A program made the translations under genes and the position numbers. DNA of 64,000 bases from Nemertoderma westbladi (Eukaryota; Animalia; Xenacoelomorpha), in contig JAUCBJ010008084.1 of assembly GCA_032718475.1 (NCBI GenBank), forward strand, positions 1-64,000, read 5' to 3'. Below, piece after piece: positions 23,201-36,400 of this stretch. The notes under the pieces are model-generated. The model did no database searches, was not told the DNA's origin, and worked only from the letters and a program-made list of their open reading frames with translations. The number at the start of each line of letters is the position of its first letter. The stretch's first letter is position 1.

Positions 23201-26047
23201 GAAGAGGGTAGATAGAACCAAAACAATAAACGATAGTTAACACATGTTACAAGATTATGCCGGTTAGTAAAGGAGCAGGTTATAGAGGCGGGTAGATAGA
23301 ACCAAAACAATAAACGATAGTTAACACATGTTACAAGATTATGCAGGTTAGTAAAGGAGCAGGTTATAGAGGCGGGTAGATAGAACCAAAACAATAAACG
23401 ATAGTTAACACATGTTATAAGATTATGCAGGTTAGTAAAGAAGCAGGCTATAGAGGCGGGTAGATAGAACCAAAACAATAAACGATAGTTAACACATGTT
23501 ATAATATTATGCAGGTTAGTAAAGAAGCAGGCTATAGAGGTGGGTAGATAGAACCAAAACAATAAACGATAGTTAACACATGTTATAAGATTATGCAGGT
23601 TAGTAAAGAAGCAGGCTATAGAGGCGGGTAGATAGAACCAAAACAATAAACGATAGTTAACACATGTTATAAGATTATGCAGGTTAGTAAAGAAGCAGGC
23701 TATAGAGGCGGGTAGATAGAACCAAAACAATAAACGATAGTTAACACATGTTATAAGATTATGCAGGTTAGTAAAGAAGCAGGCTATAGAGGTGTGTAGA
23801 TAGAACCAAAACAATAAACGATAGTTAACACATGTTACAAGATTATGCAGGATAGTAAAGGAGCAGGTTATAGAGGCGGGTAGATAGAACCAAAACAATA
23901 AACGATAGTTAACACATGTTACAAGATTATGCAGGTTAGTAAAGGAGCAGGTTATAGAGGCGGGTAGATAGAACCAAAACAATAAACGATAGTTAACACA
24001 TGTTACAAGATTATGTAGGTTAGTAAAGGAGCAGTTATAGAGGCGGGTAGATAGAACCAAAACAATAAACGATAGTTGACACATGTTACAAGATTATGCA
24101 GGTTAGTAAAGGAGCAGACTATAGAGGCAGGTAGATAGAACCAAAACAATAAACGATAGTTAACACATGTTACAAGATTATGCAGGATAGTAAAGGAGCA
24201 GGTTATAGAGGCGGGTAGATAGAACCAAAACAGTAAACAATAGTTAACACATGTTACAAGATTATGCAGGTTAGTAAAGGAGCAGACTATAGAGGCGGGA
24301 AGATAGAACCAAAACAATAAACGATAGTTAACACATGTTATAAGATTATGCAGGTTAGTAAAGAAGCAGGCTATAGAGGCGGGTAGATAGAACCAAAACA
24401 ATAAACGATAGTTAACACATGTTATAAGATTATGCAGGTTAGTAAAGAAGCAGGCTATAGAGGCGGGAAGATAGAACCAAAACAATAAACGATAGTTAAC
24501 ACATGTTATAAGATTATGCAGGTTAGTAAAGAAGCAGGCTATAGAGGCGGGTAGATAGAACCAAAACAATAAACGATAGTTAACACATGTTATAAGATTA
24601 TGCAGGTTAGTAAAGGAGCAGGTTATAGAGGCGGGTAGATAGAACCATAACAATAAACGATAGTTAACACATGTTACAAGATTATGTAGGTTAGTAAAGG
24701 AGCAGTTATAGAGGCGGGTAGATAGAATCAAAACAATAAACGATAGATAACACATGTTACTAGATTATGCAGGTTAGTAAAGGAGCAGGTTATAGAGGCG
24801 GGTAGATAGAACCAAAACAATAAACGATAGTTAACACATGTTACAAGATTATGCAGGTTAGTAAAGGAGCAGGTTATAGATGCGGGTAGATAGAACCAAC
24901 ATAATAAACGATAGTTAACACATGTTACAAGATTATGCAGGTTAGTAAAGGAGCAGGTTATAGAGGCGGGTAGATAGAACCAAAACAATAAACGATAGTT
25001 AACACATGTTACAAGATTATGCAGGTTAGTAAAGGAGCAGGTTATAGAGGCGGGTAGATAGAACCAAAACAATAAACGATAGTTAACACATGTTACAAGA
25101 TTATGTAGGTTAGTAAAGGAGCAGTTATAGAGGCGGGTAGATAGAATCAAAACAATAAACGATAGATAACACATGTTACTAGATTATGCAGGTTAGTAAA
25201 GGAGCAGGTTATAGAGGCGGGTAGATAGAACCAAAACAATAAACGATAGTTAACACATGTTACAAGATTATGCAGGTTAGTAAAGGAGCAGGTTATAGAT
25301 GCGGGTAGATAGAACCAACATAATAAACGATAGTTAACACATGTTACAAGATTATGTAGGTTAGTAAAGGAGCAGTTATAGAGGCGGGTAGATAGAATCA
25401 AAACAATAAACGATAGATAACACATGTTACTAGATTATGCAGGTTAGTAAAGGAGCAGGTTATAGATGCGGGTAGATAGAACCAACATAATAAACGATAG
25501 TTAACACATGTTACAAGATTATGCAGGTTAGTAAAGGAGCAGGATATAGAGGCGGGTAGATAGAACCAAAACAATAAACGATAGTTAACACATGTTACAA
25601 GATTATGCCGGTTATTAAAGGAGCAGGTTATAGAGGCGGGTAGATAGAACCAAAACAATAAACGATAGTTAACCACATGTTACAAGATTATGCAGGATAG
25701 TAAAGGAGCAGGTTATAGAGGCGGGTAGATAGAACCAAAACAATAAACGATAGTTAACACATGTTACAAGATTATGCAGGATAGTAAAGGAGCAGGTTAT
25801 AGAGGCGGGTAGATAGAACCAAAACAATAAACAATAGTTAACACATGTTACAATATTATGCAGGTTAGTAAAGGAGCAGGTTATAGAGGCGGGTAGATAG
25901 AACCAAAACAATAAACGATAGTTAACACATGTTACAAGATTATGCAGGTTAGTAAAGGAGCAGGCTATAGAAGAGGGTAGATAGAACCAAAACAATAAAC
26001 GATAGTTAACACATGTTACAAGCTTATGTAGGTTAGTAAAGAAGCAG
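17267..26047 (+). repeat. 84-bp satellite array, middle segment (~105 monomers)
   Basis: Monomer aaacaataaacgatagttaacacatgttacaagattatgcaggttagtaaaggagcaggttatagaggcgggtagatagaacca, in head-to-tail repeats. Confidence 0.99.
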
Positions 26048-26556
26048 TGTTAGCTTATTCAATTCCGCTAACACAAACCCATAAAGTAAGCCGTTAAGCA
26101 ATATTGGGGGCCACGAGGTTGATTACCCAATCTCGTGCCACCCCAATAAAATGGGAAGGAGAAACACACAATAAGGGTCAGGGGCCACACCCCTGACCGA
26201 GAGAGAATAGCAGGAGTGAGGGAAACACTCCAAAGGGCGCCAACAGGGATATCAGCCAATGGGAGGGAGGCACCGGCTAGGTACAGTAACAAGGCCAACC
26301 CGTGCAATATAACCAGTTAACGGTAATCAGTTATTTCAGTTATCTCATTGTGTTGGTCGGTTTAGTTAGGTTAGGACCGGAACTTTAATTACCGTTGCGT
26401 AACCACTGTGCAGACACCCTATTCTATATCTATACTATTATACCGGAGGACTTTATACAGCAATCAACAATATCCACCTTTTACACACACACGGCGGGAA
26501 CGCGACGCGTAAATCAAAAACCGGATAAACCGGGATCCTTTGTGGATCCCGTCACA
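26048..26556 (+). repeat. 5' LTR of element 2
   Basis: tgttagcttattc...gatcccgtcaca, repeated at 39473-39981. Confidence 0.97.
26308..26341 (+). promoter_or_regulatory. Candidate LTR core promoter (TATAA + TCAGTT initiator)
   Basis: TATAA at 26308-26312 and an Inr-like TCAGTT whose A is at 26338, 30 nt downstream. Confidence 0.45.
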
Positions 26557-26572
26557 GTAATTAAAGACCAAC
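26557..26572 (+). promoter_or_regulatory. Non-tRNA primer-binding-site candidate, complementary to the element's own LTR
   Basis: gtaattaaag is the reverse complement of ctttaattac (26383-26392). The adjoining gaccaac is the reverse complement of gttggtc (26352-26358). No TGG is present. Confidence 0.6.
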
Positions 26573-26624
26573 CTAGTAATTAAATCCTAGAACTCCAGCC
26601 AGCTACCGACACTCTACCTATGAG

Positions 26625-29600
26625 ATGAGCGACGTTACGCCAACGCGGACCCCGGAGGAAGACCCAACGATTCGGGAGGCCGTGACCAGACGGTATAGGC
26701 CCACGACGCCGGACCCATCGGTAACGGGTCATCCGGCAGATCAGGATGGAGGGGACCGTCTGGAACCAGAGATCGAGCCGAGAGGAGCGGGAGCCGAGTT
26801 GGGAGAAGGAGAGGGCGAGAGGGACGGAGAAGAAGATGAGTCGACACGGAACTAGGGTCGACGTACCGATGTCGCCGGCCAGCCACAGGCCGTGGGCGAC
26901 GAACGGCCCACCGAAACGGCGACGGTGGGGCCGACGGTACGACGCCGGACCCGGAGAGATGGGGGAGATGTCGGTACCGATGTTGCCGGCCAGCTACAGG
27001 CCGAGGGCGACGGACGGCCCACCGGAACGGCGACGGTGGGGCCACCGGTACGACGTCGGACCCGGAGAGACGGAGGAGAGGTCGGCGACGAGGACGTCGG
27101 GGTTTCTGATCGACTTCGACGGGCCTACAACGCGACCCGGAAGCTACTTAAGGAGGCCAAGGAGGGGGCGAAGATAGATGAGGTAAAGCTGACAACAGGA
27201 CTAGGTGAGTTGGATAGACATTTTAATTATCTAATGCGCTTCGGGCAGAGAGAACTGGCCAAGGAGAGAGCGAGAGGGGTTGCAGAGGAACTGTGTGATT
27301 TATGGCGGTGTAGGGGTATGCAACCTAGTGCAGTGTATGTAGGGCCATACTTAGTCGATGCCCAGGGTATAAAATCAGTGGGTTGGAGGAGACATGAGGA
27401 GGGCGAATCCGAGGTTGACCGCGAGGATTCGATCTCGTCGATCGGAGGAAGTTCTGGGAAGAGGGGGAAAGTTAGTAGGTCGGGAAGGCGGAGGGAATCC
27501 GTCGTAACCGATAAGTCTGCTACATCCTCCGTAAAAGAAAGACGGGTGAGAGAGATAAATGCCACGTACCATCTCGACCTGATTGCGCAAGGTCAGAGAG
27601 AGTTATGTAGATGGTTAGAGGAGGGGAGAATGCAACTAGAGAAGGAAATGGTACTGATTAGAGAAACCGGAGAGAGGGCCGAAAGGGCCGCGAAAAGCCT
27701 TAGAGAGTGTGAGGAAATAGAGAGGAGGGAACAAGAGGAGCGTGAGGCGAGACGGGAAAGTGAACGCAAAGAGCGTGAGGCGGAACGCAAGGAGCGTGAG
27801 ACGAGAGAGAACAATGAACGCAAGGAACGCGAGGCGAGAGAGGAAAATGAACGCAAGGAACATGAGGCGAGGGAGGAAAGTGAGCGCAAAGAGCGTGAGG
27901 CGAGGCGAAGGGAGGGAGCTAGGAGAGAGGCGGAATTGGCCGAACAGAACGCACGGGAGAGTCGGGAGAGAATGGCAAGAGAGGTGCGTGAGCGAAAAGA
28001 ATTGGAAAGACAGCAAGGCGAGCTTATAGAGTACAAAACTAGACGTATGCGCGAACTGGAACTAGCGTGGATGGGGGCGTCTGAGAGCGGGGCTGACTCG
28101 AAGATTTTCGAGGAGCCAAGGGCCGTGGATATGTTTATTAATACCCCATTTACAGGGACCGCACGACAGACCCGAAATTGGTGTGACCGTACGGGCCGGG
28201 GGGGTAATAATAATACTACAGTAGACGACGTTAATATTAATGGTACCGTATTGGATAATCCTAACCAAGCATATATTGCAGGAAATACTTTGCCTGGTAG
28301 TAGTGATTTGAATTTAAACACAAATAATCTAAATAATAATTTCAATTTAAACGTGCAAAATAATCCGAATAATAATTTAAATTTAGAAAATAATGATAAC
28401 TCAAATAATTTAAATAATGATCCAAGCCCGAATTTACAAAATAATTCAAATAATGTAGTCGCGCAAAATAATCAAAATGATTCTATTTCGAACGAACAAA
28501 ATAATTCCGTTTCTAACACAGGTGCTATTAATGCGAACGCGTCGGACGTGTATAACCCGACAGACGCCGGCCTGGTAGGCCACGTAGTTAGTAGGCAGGA
28601 GGTGGCGGGGTTGAGTCGACCCGACGGCGGCCTAGTAGGCCACGTAGTTAGTAGGCAGGAGGTGGCGGGGTTGAGTCGAGCCGACGGCGGCCTGGTAGGC
28701 CACGTAGTTAGTAGGCAGGGGGTGGCGGGGTTGAGCCAACCCGGAGTAGGCCCGATAGGCCAAGTAGTGGTGGAGAGAGAGGCGGGGGTAAGCGAACCCA
28801 GCCGCAGTAGAAATATTGTGTCGACTGGAGAGGGGTGTAGAAGAGAAGTTAGTGGCAAGTGGGGGGGGGGGGCTACAGGAGCCCCGCAACGAGAAGTTAG
28901 CGACGAGTGGGGGGGGGCTACAGGAGCCCCACAACGAGAAGTTGGTGGCGAGGGGGGGGGCAGAGAATGTCCCACAGGCGTCGGCGGATAATGCGCGGGC
29001 CGAATCAGGTAAACCGCAACACCCGGCGACGGAGAGTAATAGGGGGATTGCGAGTATCCCCAGCGGCGTGCGATCGAGCAGAGAGAGGCAGGTTGATGTC
29101 GCGAGAGGGCGGACGAAGCGTCGAGCCCGATCAGAAGAGGGAAGAAGAACAGTGGAGTTTAACCGGGAGGTCGACGAGAGATCTCATGAGCGGGAATACT
29201 GCACTGAAAGGAGAAGTAGTAGAAGAAGTATCGCCGCGAATGACAGGAGAGCGAGGACGGATAGCGAGCCGTCGGTAGTTGAGATGGAAAGAGAGAGTCG
29301 GTGGGGTCGAACCTCGGGAGATTGCCGTCGTCCCGGAGAGACGCAACCTGACGAGACGCGTTACGCGTCGAGAGAGGGGTACACGATGTACCAGCACGAA
29401 GACGAGAGTAGTAGAGGGGGTCGAAGAGAAACTTTCCGACGGGATATACCTACAGATCGAGAGTACGGTAGCCGCGGGGAGGATTGTTCGAGAAGAATAA
29501 ACTTCGATCCCGAGCAACACATACAGACTGTAGGACATACTGTAGGCCTTACTGCACATACCATAGGCCATGCTGACAGGAATAATATAGGCGATAGGAT

Positions 29601-32600
29601 AGCGCGGACAATGGAATTAAACCCGGATGTCGCGGAGTACATACCGGCAGGTAGGCCAGAAGTTGATAGGCCTATACCGGTACCAGTACAGCAGTATGAC
29701 TACAGCATGCAAGGACATAACATATACCCAGGGGAGGGGGGAATTATTGCGGATAGATGCATGGGCCCCAATATATTAACATCAACCCCAGTACCAAACA
29801 TACCGGTGGGGGGGGGGGACAGGGTGACATTCCCCCATCGCAATATCAACAATATACCCCGATAGGAGCAAGAACAACGAGACCCTTGGATGGAAATAGG
29901 TCATGTGACACAGAAATATGGAGGGGACTGCTACCCCCAATGATATACCCAAGCCAAAGAAAGGCAGAAAATAGGTCGGGTGGACCACACCCAACAGGAG
30001 AAACTATACAACATCCATCGAATCCATTGGAAGCGCAGGCGATGGGGATGGCCATGTTGATCGATGCATTAAAAACAAGGATCGAATTACCACCCGTGGA
30101 ACCATTAAAATTCGATGGGAGTAGGCCGGAAGAATATCTCCAGTTTCGGCGTATGTATAGTAACGAAATACTAACAAAGAACTTGACGCAAGCGGAGTGC
30201 CTAAAGTATCTGCAAGTATACACAGGAAGCCCAGCATACGACATCGTGAGGCAATATCAGGGCATAGAGGGCGGCTTCACGACGGCATGGTGGGCACTGG
30301 ACAGGGAATACGGGCACCCGGCCAAGATCATCAGGCAGACCCTGAGAGGCATAACATCGGGTGGCCTACAGGATAACCCCGTTAGCATTAAGACATTCGC
30401 GAACAAGGTCGAGAAGGAGCTAATCGTGTTAAAGACGCTAGACGCGCCATACGAACTCAACGCGTCCAACAACATCACCACGATAGCGCAGGCACTACCG
30501 ATGTGGTTGCGCAACAAGTGGAGGAAAATCGCTTTCTCCACTCGAGATAGGAAGGGTGCGGAACCGGGTTTAGAAGAAATGTCAAGCTTCTTAAACTACG
30601 AAGCTGAACTAATAACCGACCCAGTCTATAGCGAAGATAGCCTGGGAAAGGGATCGAAGACAGATTACCATAGACCGAAACCAGAGCACAATACGTCAAA
30701 TGCATTACCGAAGCTCAGGCAATCACTGCCATATGCAGCGACGCAGGGGACTGCAAGTCCACAGGTAGCCGAAGGAAAGACCACACCATGGAACGGACAG
30801 GGGAACAATAACAATACGAATAAATATAATCCCAGTACGTCCAGTAGGCCGAACCCAAACAATAAGAATAGTAGGGACTTTGGTACAAACGCAGCTGCGA
30901 TACGCAATGCACTGTATAAGGACGGCTACGACCCAAAGAGCAAATGCCAGCTACATACAAATGCGCTTCATCAAACCATGAACTGCAGGTACTGGCAAGC
31001 GCTACCCAGGGAAGATCAGGTAGAATACGCGGCGAGGAATGAGATCTGCTCGCGATGTGTGATGAGTGGACATAGAGCTAGGCAATGCAAGGAGACGCCG
31101 GTCAAGTTCGGTCAAAGGAAAGGCCAAACGATGGCAACGAGCACAGTAGGGGCGAGGAAGACAGGAACGGTGCTACTTGGGGTAGTACCTGTGCGAGTGA
31201 TTGGAGAAGGCAATCGATCAGTAACAACACTAATGCTGGTCGATAGTGGAGCTGCCTTCACATTAGTCGAGGATTGGGTGGCCGAAGAAATAGGATTGAG
31301 AACGAGGCCAAGTAGAATGGCGGTAACAACCATCTCCAGTAAAGATGAGGTCCTGGAGATGAGAACCGGACGGTGCACCATCGCAGCAATAGCACCAGGA
31401 TGCGACTATGGGGCGAGCATCGACCCCATCCAAGTGATAGAGTCAATAAACATCAATGCCAGACGGCCAACCAACATCGAGGTCGAACAATATACATTTC
31501 TGGATGATATCGACTTCTCAATCCCAGAGGTGGACATTAGGAAGGTATCCATCATAGTAGGAATGGACTGCCCAACAGCCCACGAAAGAATGCAAATGGT
31601 CTTCGGCGAAGACAAGCAGTGTGACCCGGTGGCGATACTGACACCATTCGGGTGGACGCTGAGTGGCCCAATCAAGAGCAAGATACCATTTAGGATGTCG
31701 GAGACATCAGGATGCATGTTCGCGGGAACTATGCAGGAAATGGGTGACGAGAGAGCAGAGGAGCAGCTTAAGAGACTGCTCAGACAGGATTTTGAAGGAT
31801 TAAAGGAGATCGGGGTCGGGACCTCGGTAGAAGACAAGCAGGCTCTACAGAGCGTAGAGGAGTCTATGAGGTGTGATGAGGGGCGGTATACCATAGGGAT
31901 GGTATGGAAGCTACCAAAGCTACCGCTACCCGATAATAGAGGGATGGTACTCACGAGGCTTCGTAAGTTGAAGCAGACACTAAAACGGAGCCCCGAGAAG
32001 AATGAGTACATCCACAGAATGATTAAGAAGTACGTCGAGAAAGGATGGGCCGTGGAGTTACCGGTCGACAAACCAAACACGGATAGGACGTATTACCTAC
32101 CACTCCACGTGGCTTTAGATCCGAAGAAAGGTAAACTGCGGATGGTAGTTGACGCATCGGCAAAGACCAACGGAAAATGCTTAAACGACTACCTACTAGA
32201 AGGTCCGAACATATACAACTCAGGGATAGAGGTCCTACTTAGATTTAGAAATGGGAAACACGCCTCCACGTGTGACATAGAAGGCATGTTCAACCAAGTC
32301 CGTGTAACGGAGGAAGATAGCGACAGTCAACGCTTCTTATGGTACAACGGTGATGAAGAACCGTCAATAATACCGACGTACAAGATGGTAGTACAGAACA
32401 TGGGAGCCAAGTCGTCTTCATTCACGACGACTATGGCAGTAAGAGATACAGTGAAGGGGAAGGAGGATAGATACAGCACTAGGGCCGTCGATATGATTCG
32501 ACGCGGCTTCTACGTAGACGATGGAATGGAGTCTGGAAATACGGTTAAGGAGATACTGGACACAGTGCGCGAGGTTCGCGACATCCTAAAAGGCTCCGGC

Positions 32601-35156
32601 TTTAACCTGACCAAATTCCAATCCAGTTCGAAGGAATTTATCAAGGCGATAGGGGACGAGAGACCAGAATCGACTATGGATAATCCCACAACGTCCAAAG
32701 GACAGGACATGGCGAGCAAGAGGACAGAATCTCAACAGAAGGCACTGGGAATCGTGTGGAACAGAGAGACAGATGAACTGGAGTACCAGCTGAGCCAGGA
32801 GGGCGCAGACATCCACACAAAGAGAGGCTATGTGTCATACATAGCAAGAATATACGATCCCCTAGGTCTAGCATCCCCACTATTAGTTACGGGGAAGCAG
32901 ATACTCAAGAGAGTATACAAACTGAAGGATGAGTGGGACGTAGAGGTACCAGAGGAGATCAAGAAACAGTGGTGTAAGTGGACAGAAGGCTTGGAGAAGA
33001 TGGGAACATACAACATGCCGCGAGTGTATTTCCTGGATGGGAACATGACGAATCTGGACTTACACATGTTCTCCGATGCGTCGTTGGAGGCGTACGGAGC
33101 GGCATTCTATTTAATACAACGAGAGGGGGCTCACAAGCCCAGACTGGCCTTTAGCAAAGCTAAGTCAACACCGCCAGATTCAGCATCAGTTCCCAAATTA
33201 GAATTGACAGCTGCCAGACTAGGAGTTAGGGCCACAGCCTACCTAGTGGATACTATTCCCAACATAGTGGAGACACACTACTGGACGGATTCCATGGTAG
33301 TGCTTGGTTGGCTACATAACAAAAGGACGAGATACCCTATATTCGTCGCGAATAGGGTGGACAAAATAAGGGCGACCACAGAATTGGAAAGGTGGCACTA
33401 CTGCCCGATGGACGAGAACCCAGCGGACTTGTTATCAAGGGGCGTGGCACGCCACACTTTCTTAAAAAAGGAAGGATTGTGGCAACACGGGCCGCAGTTT
33501 CTGAGCGACAAGGAGGCGTGGCCGCCGATGAGAAAGGTGGACCCGGGCTCAGGAGAGGTAGTGTCAGAAGGAGAAGAGGGAGATTCAGAGGGAGAAGAGA
33601 TATACTCCCAGATGGTGAGGGAGATAAGGGACGTGCAACCTAAACCAGAAGAACTGTGCGATAACCCGACGGATAAACTCCTCAGCTACAGCTCTAGTTG
33701 GTATAAGACCAAGAAATTAGTGGCGTACTGGAGAGCCTTCGGGAATTTCCTCGCGGGAGTTGGCAAAGGCAAGAAGATCAGGGCAACAATAGATCTGGAA
33801 GAAGCGGCCAAAGCAGTAATCCGCTATGAACAACGGAAGAGCTATGGCGACGAGGTGGAACGCGTCGTTAAACAACAGCATCTCAGACGGGATAGCGAGT
33901 TGATCACGCTGTCACCACAACTTAATGACGACGGGATTCTAGTAATGAATTCTAGGGTGGGATACGACAACAGCATAATCGTACCACCGAAACCCATCAT
34001 CATTCCTACAGGATCGCCAATAGTCCACCAGATTATCTGGGACTCCCACAAGTCGATATTGCACGGGGGCACCAACCGAACCCTTACGGAGATACGGAGG
34101 ACCTTGTGGGTCAAGCAGTTGAGGAAGAAGGTAAAAGCAGTAGTGGGGCAGTGCCAGACCTGCCGACGAGCGAAGAAGGAGCGAGCCATACAAGAGATGG
34201 AACCACTACCAGCGAGTAGAGTAAGACAGCACGACCCGCCATTTACACATTGCGGTGTGGACATGTTCGGGCCGATAAAGATCAAGGTGATGCGGCACAC
34301 AGAGAAACGCTACGGTATTATCTTCGTATGTAACAACATGCGGGCGGTAGGGATAGAACTCGCCCAAGATGCAACCGCATCAGCATTTATTAATGCATTA
34401 GAAAGGTTCAGAGACCGCAAAGGTGGGACGATCGCAGTAATGTACTCCGACAGCGGAACCAACTTTGTGGGAGCAGAGAACGAGATGGCAGAGGCCTTGG
34501 ACATCTTGGAAGGGGAGGAAGTCAGGGCAGCCATGAGACGGCGACAAGTAAAGTGGGAGAGAAGGACGCCGTATGTACCACATACACTAGGATGCGTCGA
34601 GAGACTGGTGGGCAGTTCGAAGCGTCTCATGACGAAGTTAATGAACACCCACATGGTCACGGAGGACGTCTTGAGAACAGTACTTGCGAAGTGCGAGGGT
34701 ATCATTAATAGCAGACCGCTATATCCGGAGAATGATGACCCTGAGTCATTAGATGTGCTGACGCCCAGCCATTTTCTAATGGAAAGGCCAGCGACCATCG
34801 ATATGCGGGGTGTAGACCCAGATGACATACACTCCCGCCAGAGTTGGAAGGTCGCTAAAGCGATAAGCGCAGAGTACTGGAGAAGGTGGGTTGAGGAATA
34901 CCTACCCACGCTTCACAAAAGAAGCAAGTGGAGGAAGTCGAATAGGGGGTTAAGAGAGGGAGATCTCGTAATCGTTACGGATGATACTATCATCAACAAC
35001 CAGTGGCGGTTGGCGAGAGTTGTAGGCACTCACTCCGATGAGGATGGAAGAGTCCGATCGGTAGAAGTGCGGATAGGGGGCAAGATAGGTGCGAAAGACA
35101 GAAAAACCTACAGGAGAGCTGTAGGGAAATGCTGTCTATTAGAAGGGGCACCTTAG
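26625..35156 (+). pseudogene. gag-pol: BEL/Pao Gag-Pol of element 2 (one in-frame stop, two apparent frameshifts at poly-G runs; 29757-35156 intact)
   Basis: Motifs LKFDGSRPEEYLQF, CSRCVMSGHRARQC, LVDSGA, YYLPLH/KLRMVVDAS/FYVDD, FSDAS/VPKLEL/YWTDS/NPADLLSRG, HGG..CQTC/GVDMFGP/SDSGTNF and YWRRWVEEYL. Stop at 26853. Frame changes near G-runs at ~28860-28960 and ~29810. Confidence 0.93.
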
Positions 35157-35259
35157 ATCGTTTGTTAGAAGGGAGTTTAGTCGTCCAAGTTTGGACTGAG
35201 GGGGGTGGGATTGAGGGCGAAGCGCCCTTCCCACACATAAAATAAAAATAAAATAAATA

Positions 35260-36000
35260 AAAATTAGAGTTAGTTAGTTAGTTAGAACTTACGTAGTACC
35301 GGTGGTTAGTAGAGTTGGGAGTTAGTTAGAAGGTACGTAGTACCTAGAGTTAGTTAGTTAGTTAGTTAGGAATTAGCTACAAGGTACGTAGTACCTAGAG
35401 CTAGTTAGTTAGTTAGGAGTCAATTAGAAGGTACGTAGTACCTAGAGTTAGTTAGTTAGTTAGTTAGGAGGTACGTAGTACCGAGAGTTAGGAGTCAGTT
35501 AGTTAGAGGTGTTAGAGAAGTAGTAAGAGGGTACGTAGTACCGGTGGTTAGTAGAGTTAGAGGTTAGTAAGAGGGTACGTAGTACCGGTGGTTAGTAGAG
35601 TTAGAGGTTAGTAAGAGGGTACGTAGTACCGGTGGTTAGTAGAGTTAGAGGTTAGTAAGAGGGTACGTAGTACCGGTTAGTAAGAGTAGAGTTGGAAGTT
35701 AGTAAGAGGGTACGTAGTACCGATAGTTAGTGGAGTAGTTAGAGGGTACGTAGTACTGTTAGTTAGAGAGTAGTAAGAGGGTGCGTAGTACCATTAGTGG
35801 AGTTAGAGTAAGAGTTAGAGGGTACGTAGTACCGTTAATTAGGGAGAGAGAGTAAGAGTTAGAGGGTTCGTAGTACCGCTAGTTAGGGAAAGAGAGTAAG
35901 AGTTAGAGGGTACGTAGTACCGCTAGTTAGTTAGAGGTTAGTAAGAGGGTACATAGTACCGATTAGTAAGAGATAGAGGTAGAAGGGTATATATAGTATA
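35260..36000 (+). repeat. Irregular tandem array of GGTACGTAGTACC palindromic units separated by (AGTT)n/AGAG spacers
   Basis: About 15-17 copies of ggtac-gta-gtacc in the pol-ORF3 spacer. Confidence 0.9.
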
Positions 36001-36400
36001 GATATTAGTCAGTAGTTAGTAGCGAGAGGGGGGCATATGAGTACAGTTGGATAGATCGTGTAGGCCACGCGACATATACTGCTGTACTGCACAGGCCCAT
36101 AGAGTAGGTCAGAATGTGGATTATGGAATAGAATAATCCATAAACAGTAAAGTAGTAGAATTAAGTTAAATCAAAATAAATAGAATAAATAGGGCTAAAA
36201 AATTACAGATTATGGTAACAGCAGGGAAATTATTCTGGAACATAATTAAAGAAACGGACAGAAATTGTAAATTAGGGTACATTTCTTAGCTACAGAATTA
36301 AGTAATAGAAATTTAGGCTAAAAGGCGTAGTTAGATAGGAAATAGGCCATTCTCGAACTGTACAGACCATCAGAAACTTATCACTCATCTGTATTGCGCC

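Noticed and set aside
17267-26047. CRISPR-like regular repeat
   Set aside because: There are no unique spacers and no cas genes; these are contiguous tandem monomers in a eukaryotic context.
35260-36000. Palindromic repeats with variable spacers resembling a mini-CRISPR
   Set aside because: The spacers are low-complexity variants of each other and the repeat is only 13 bp.
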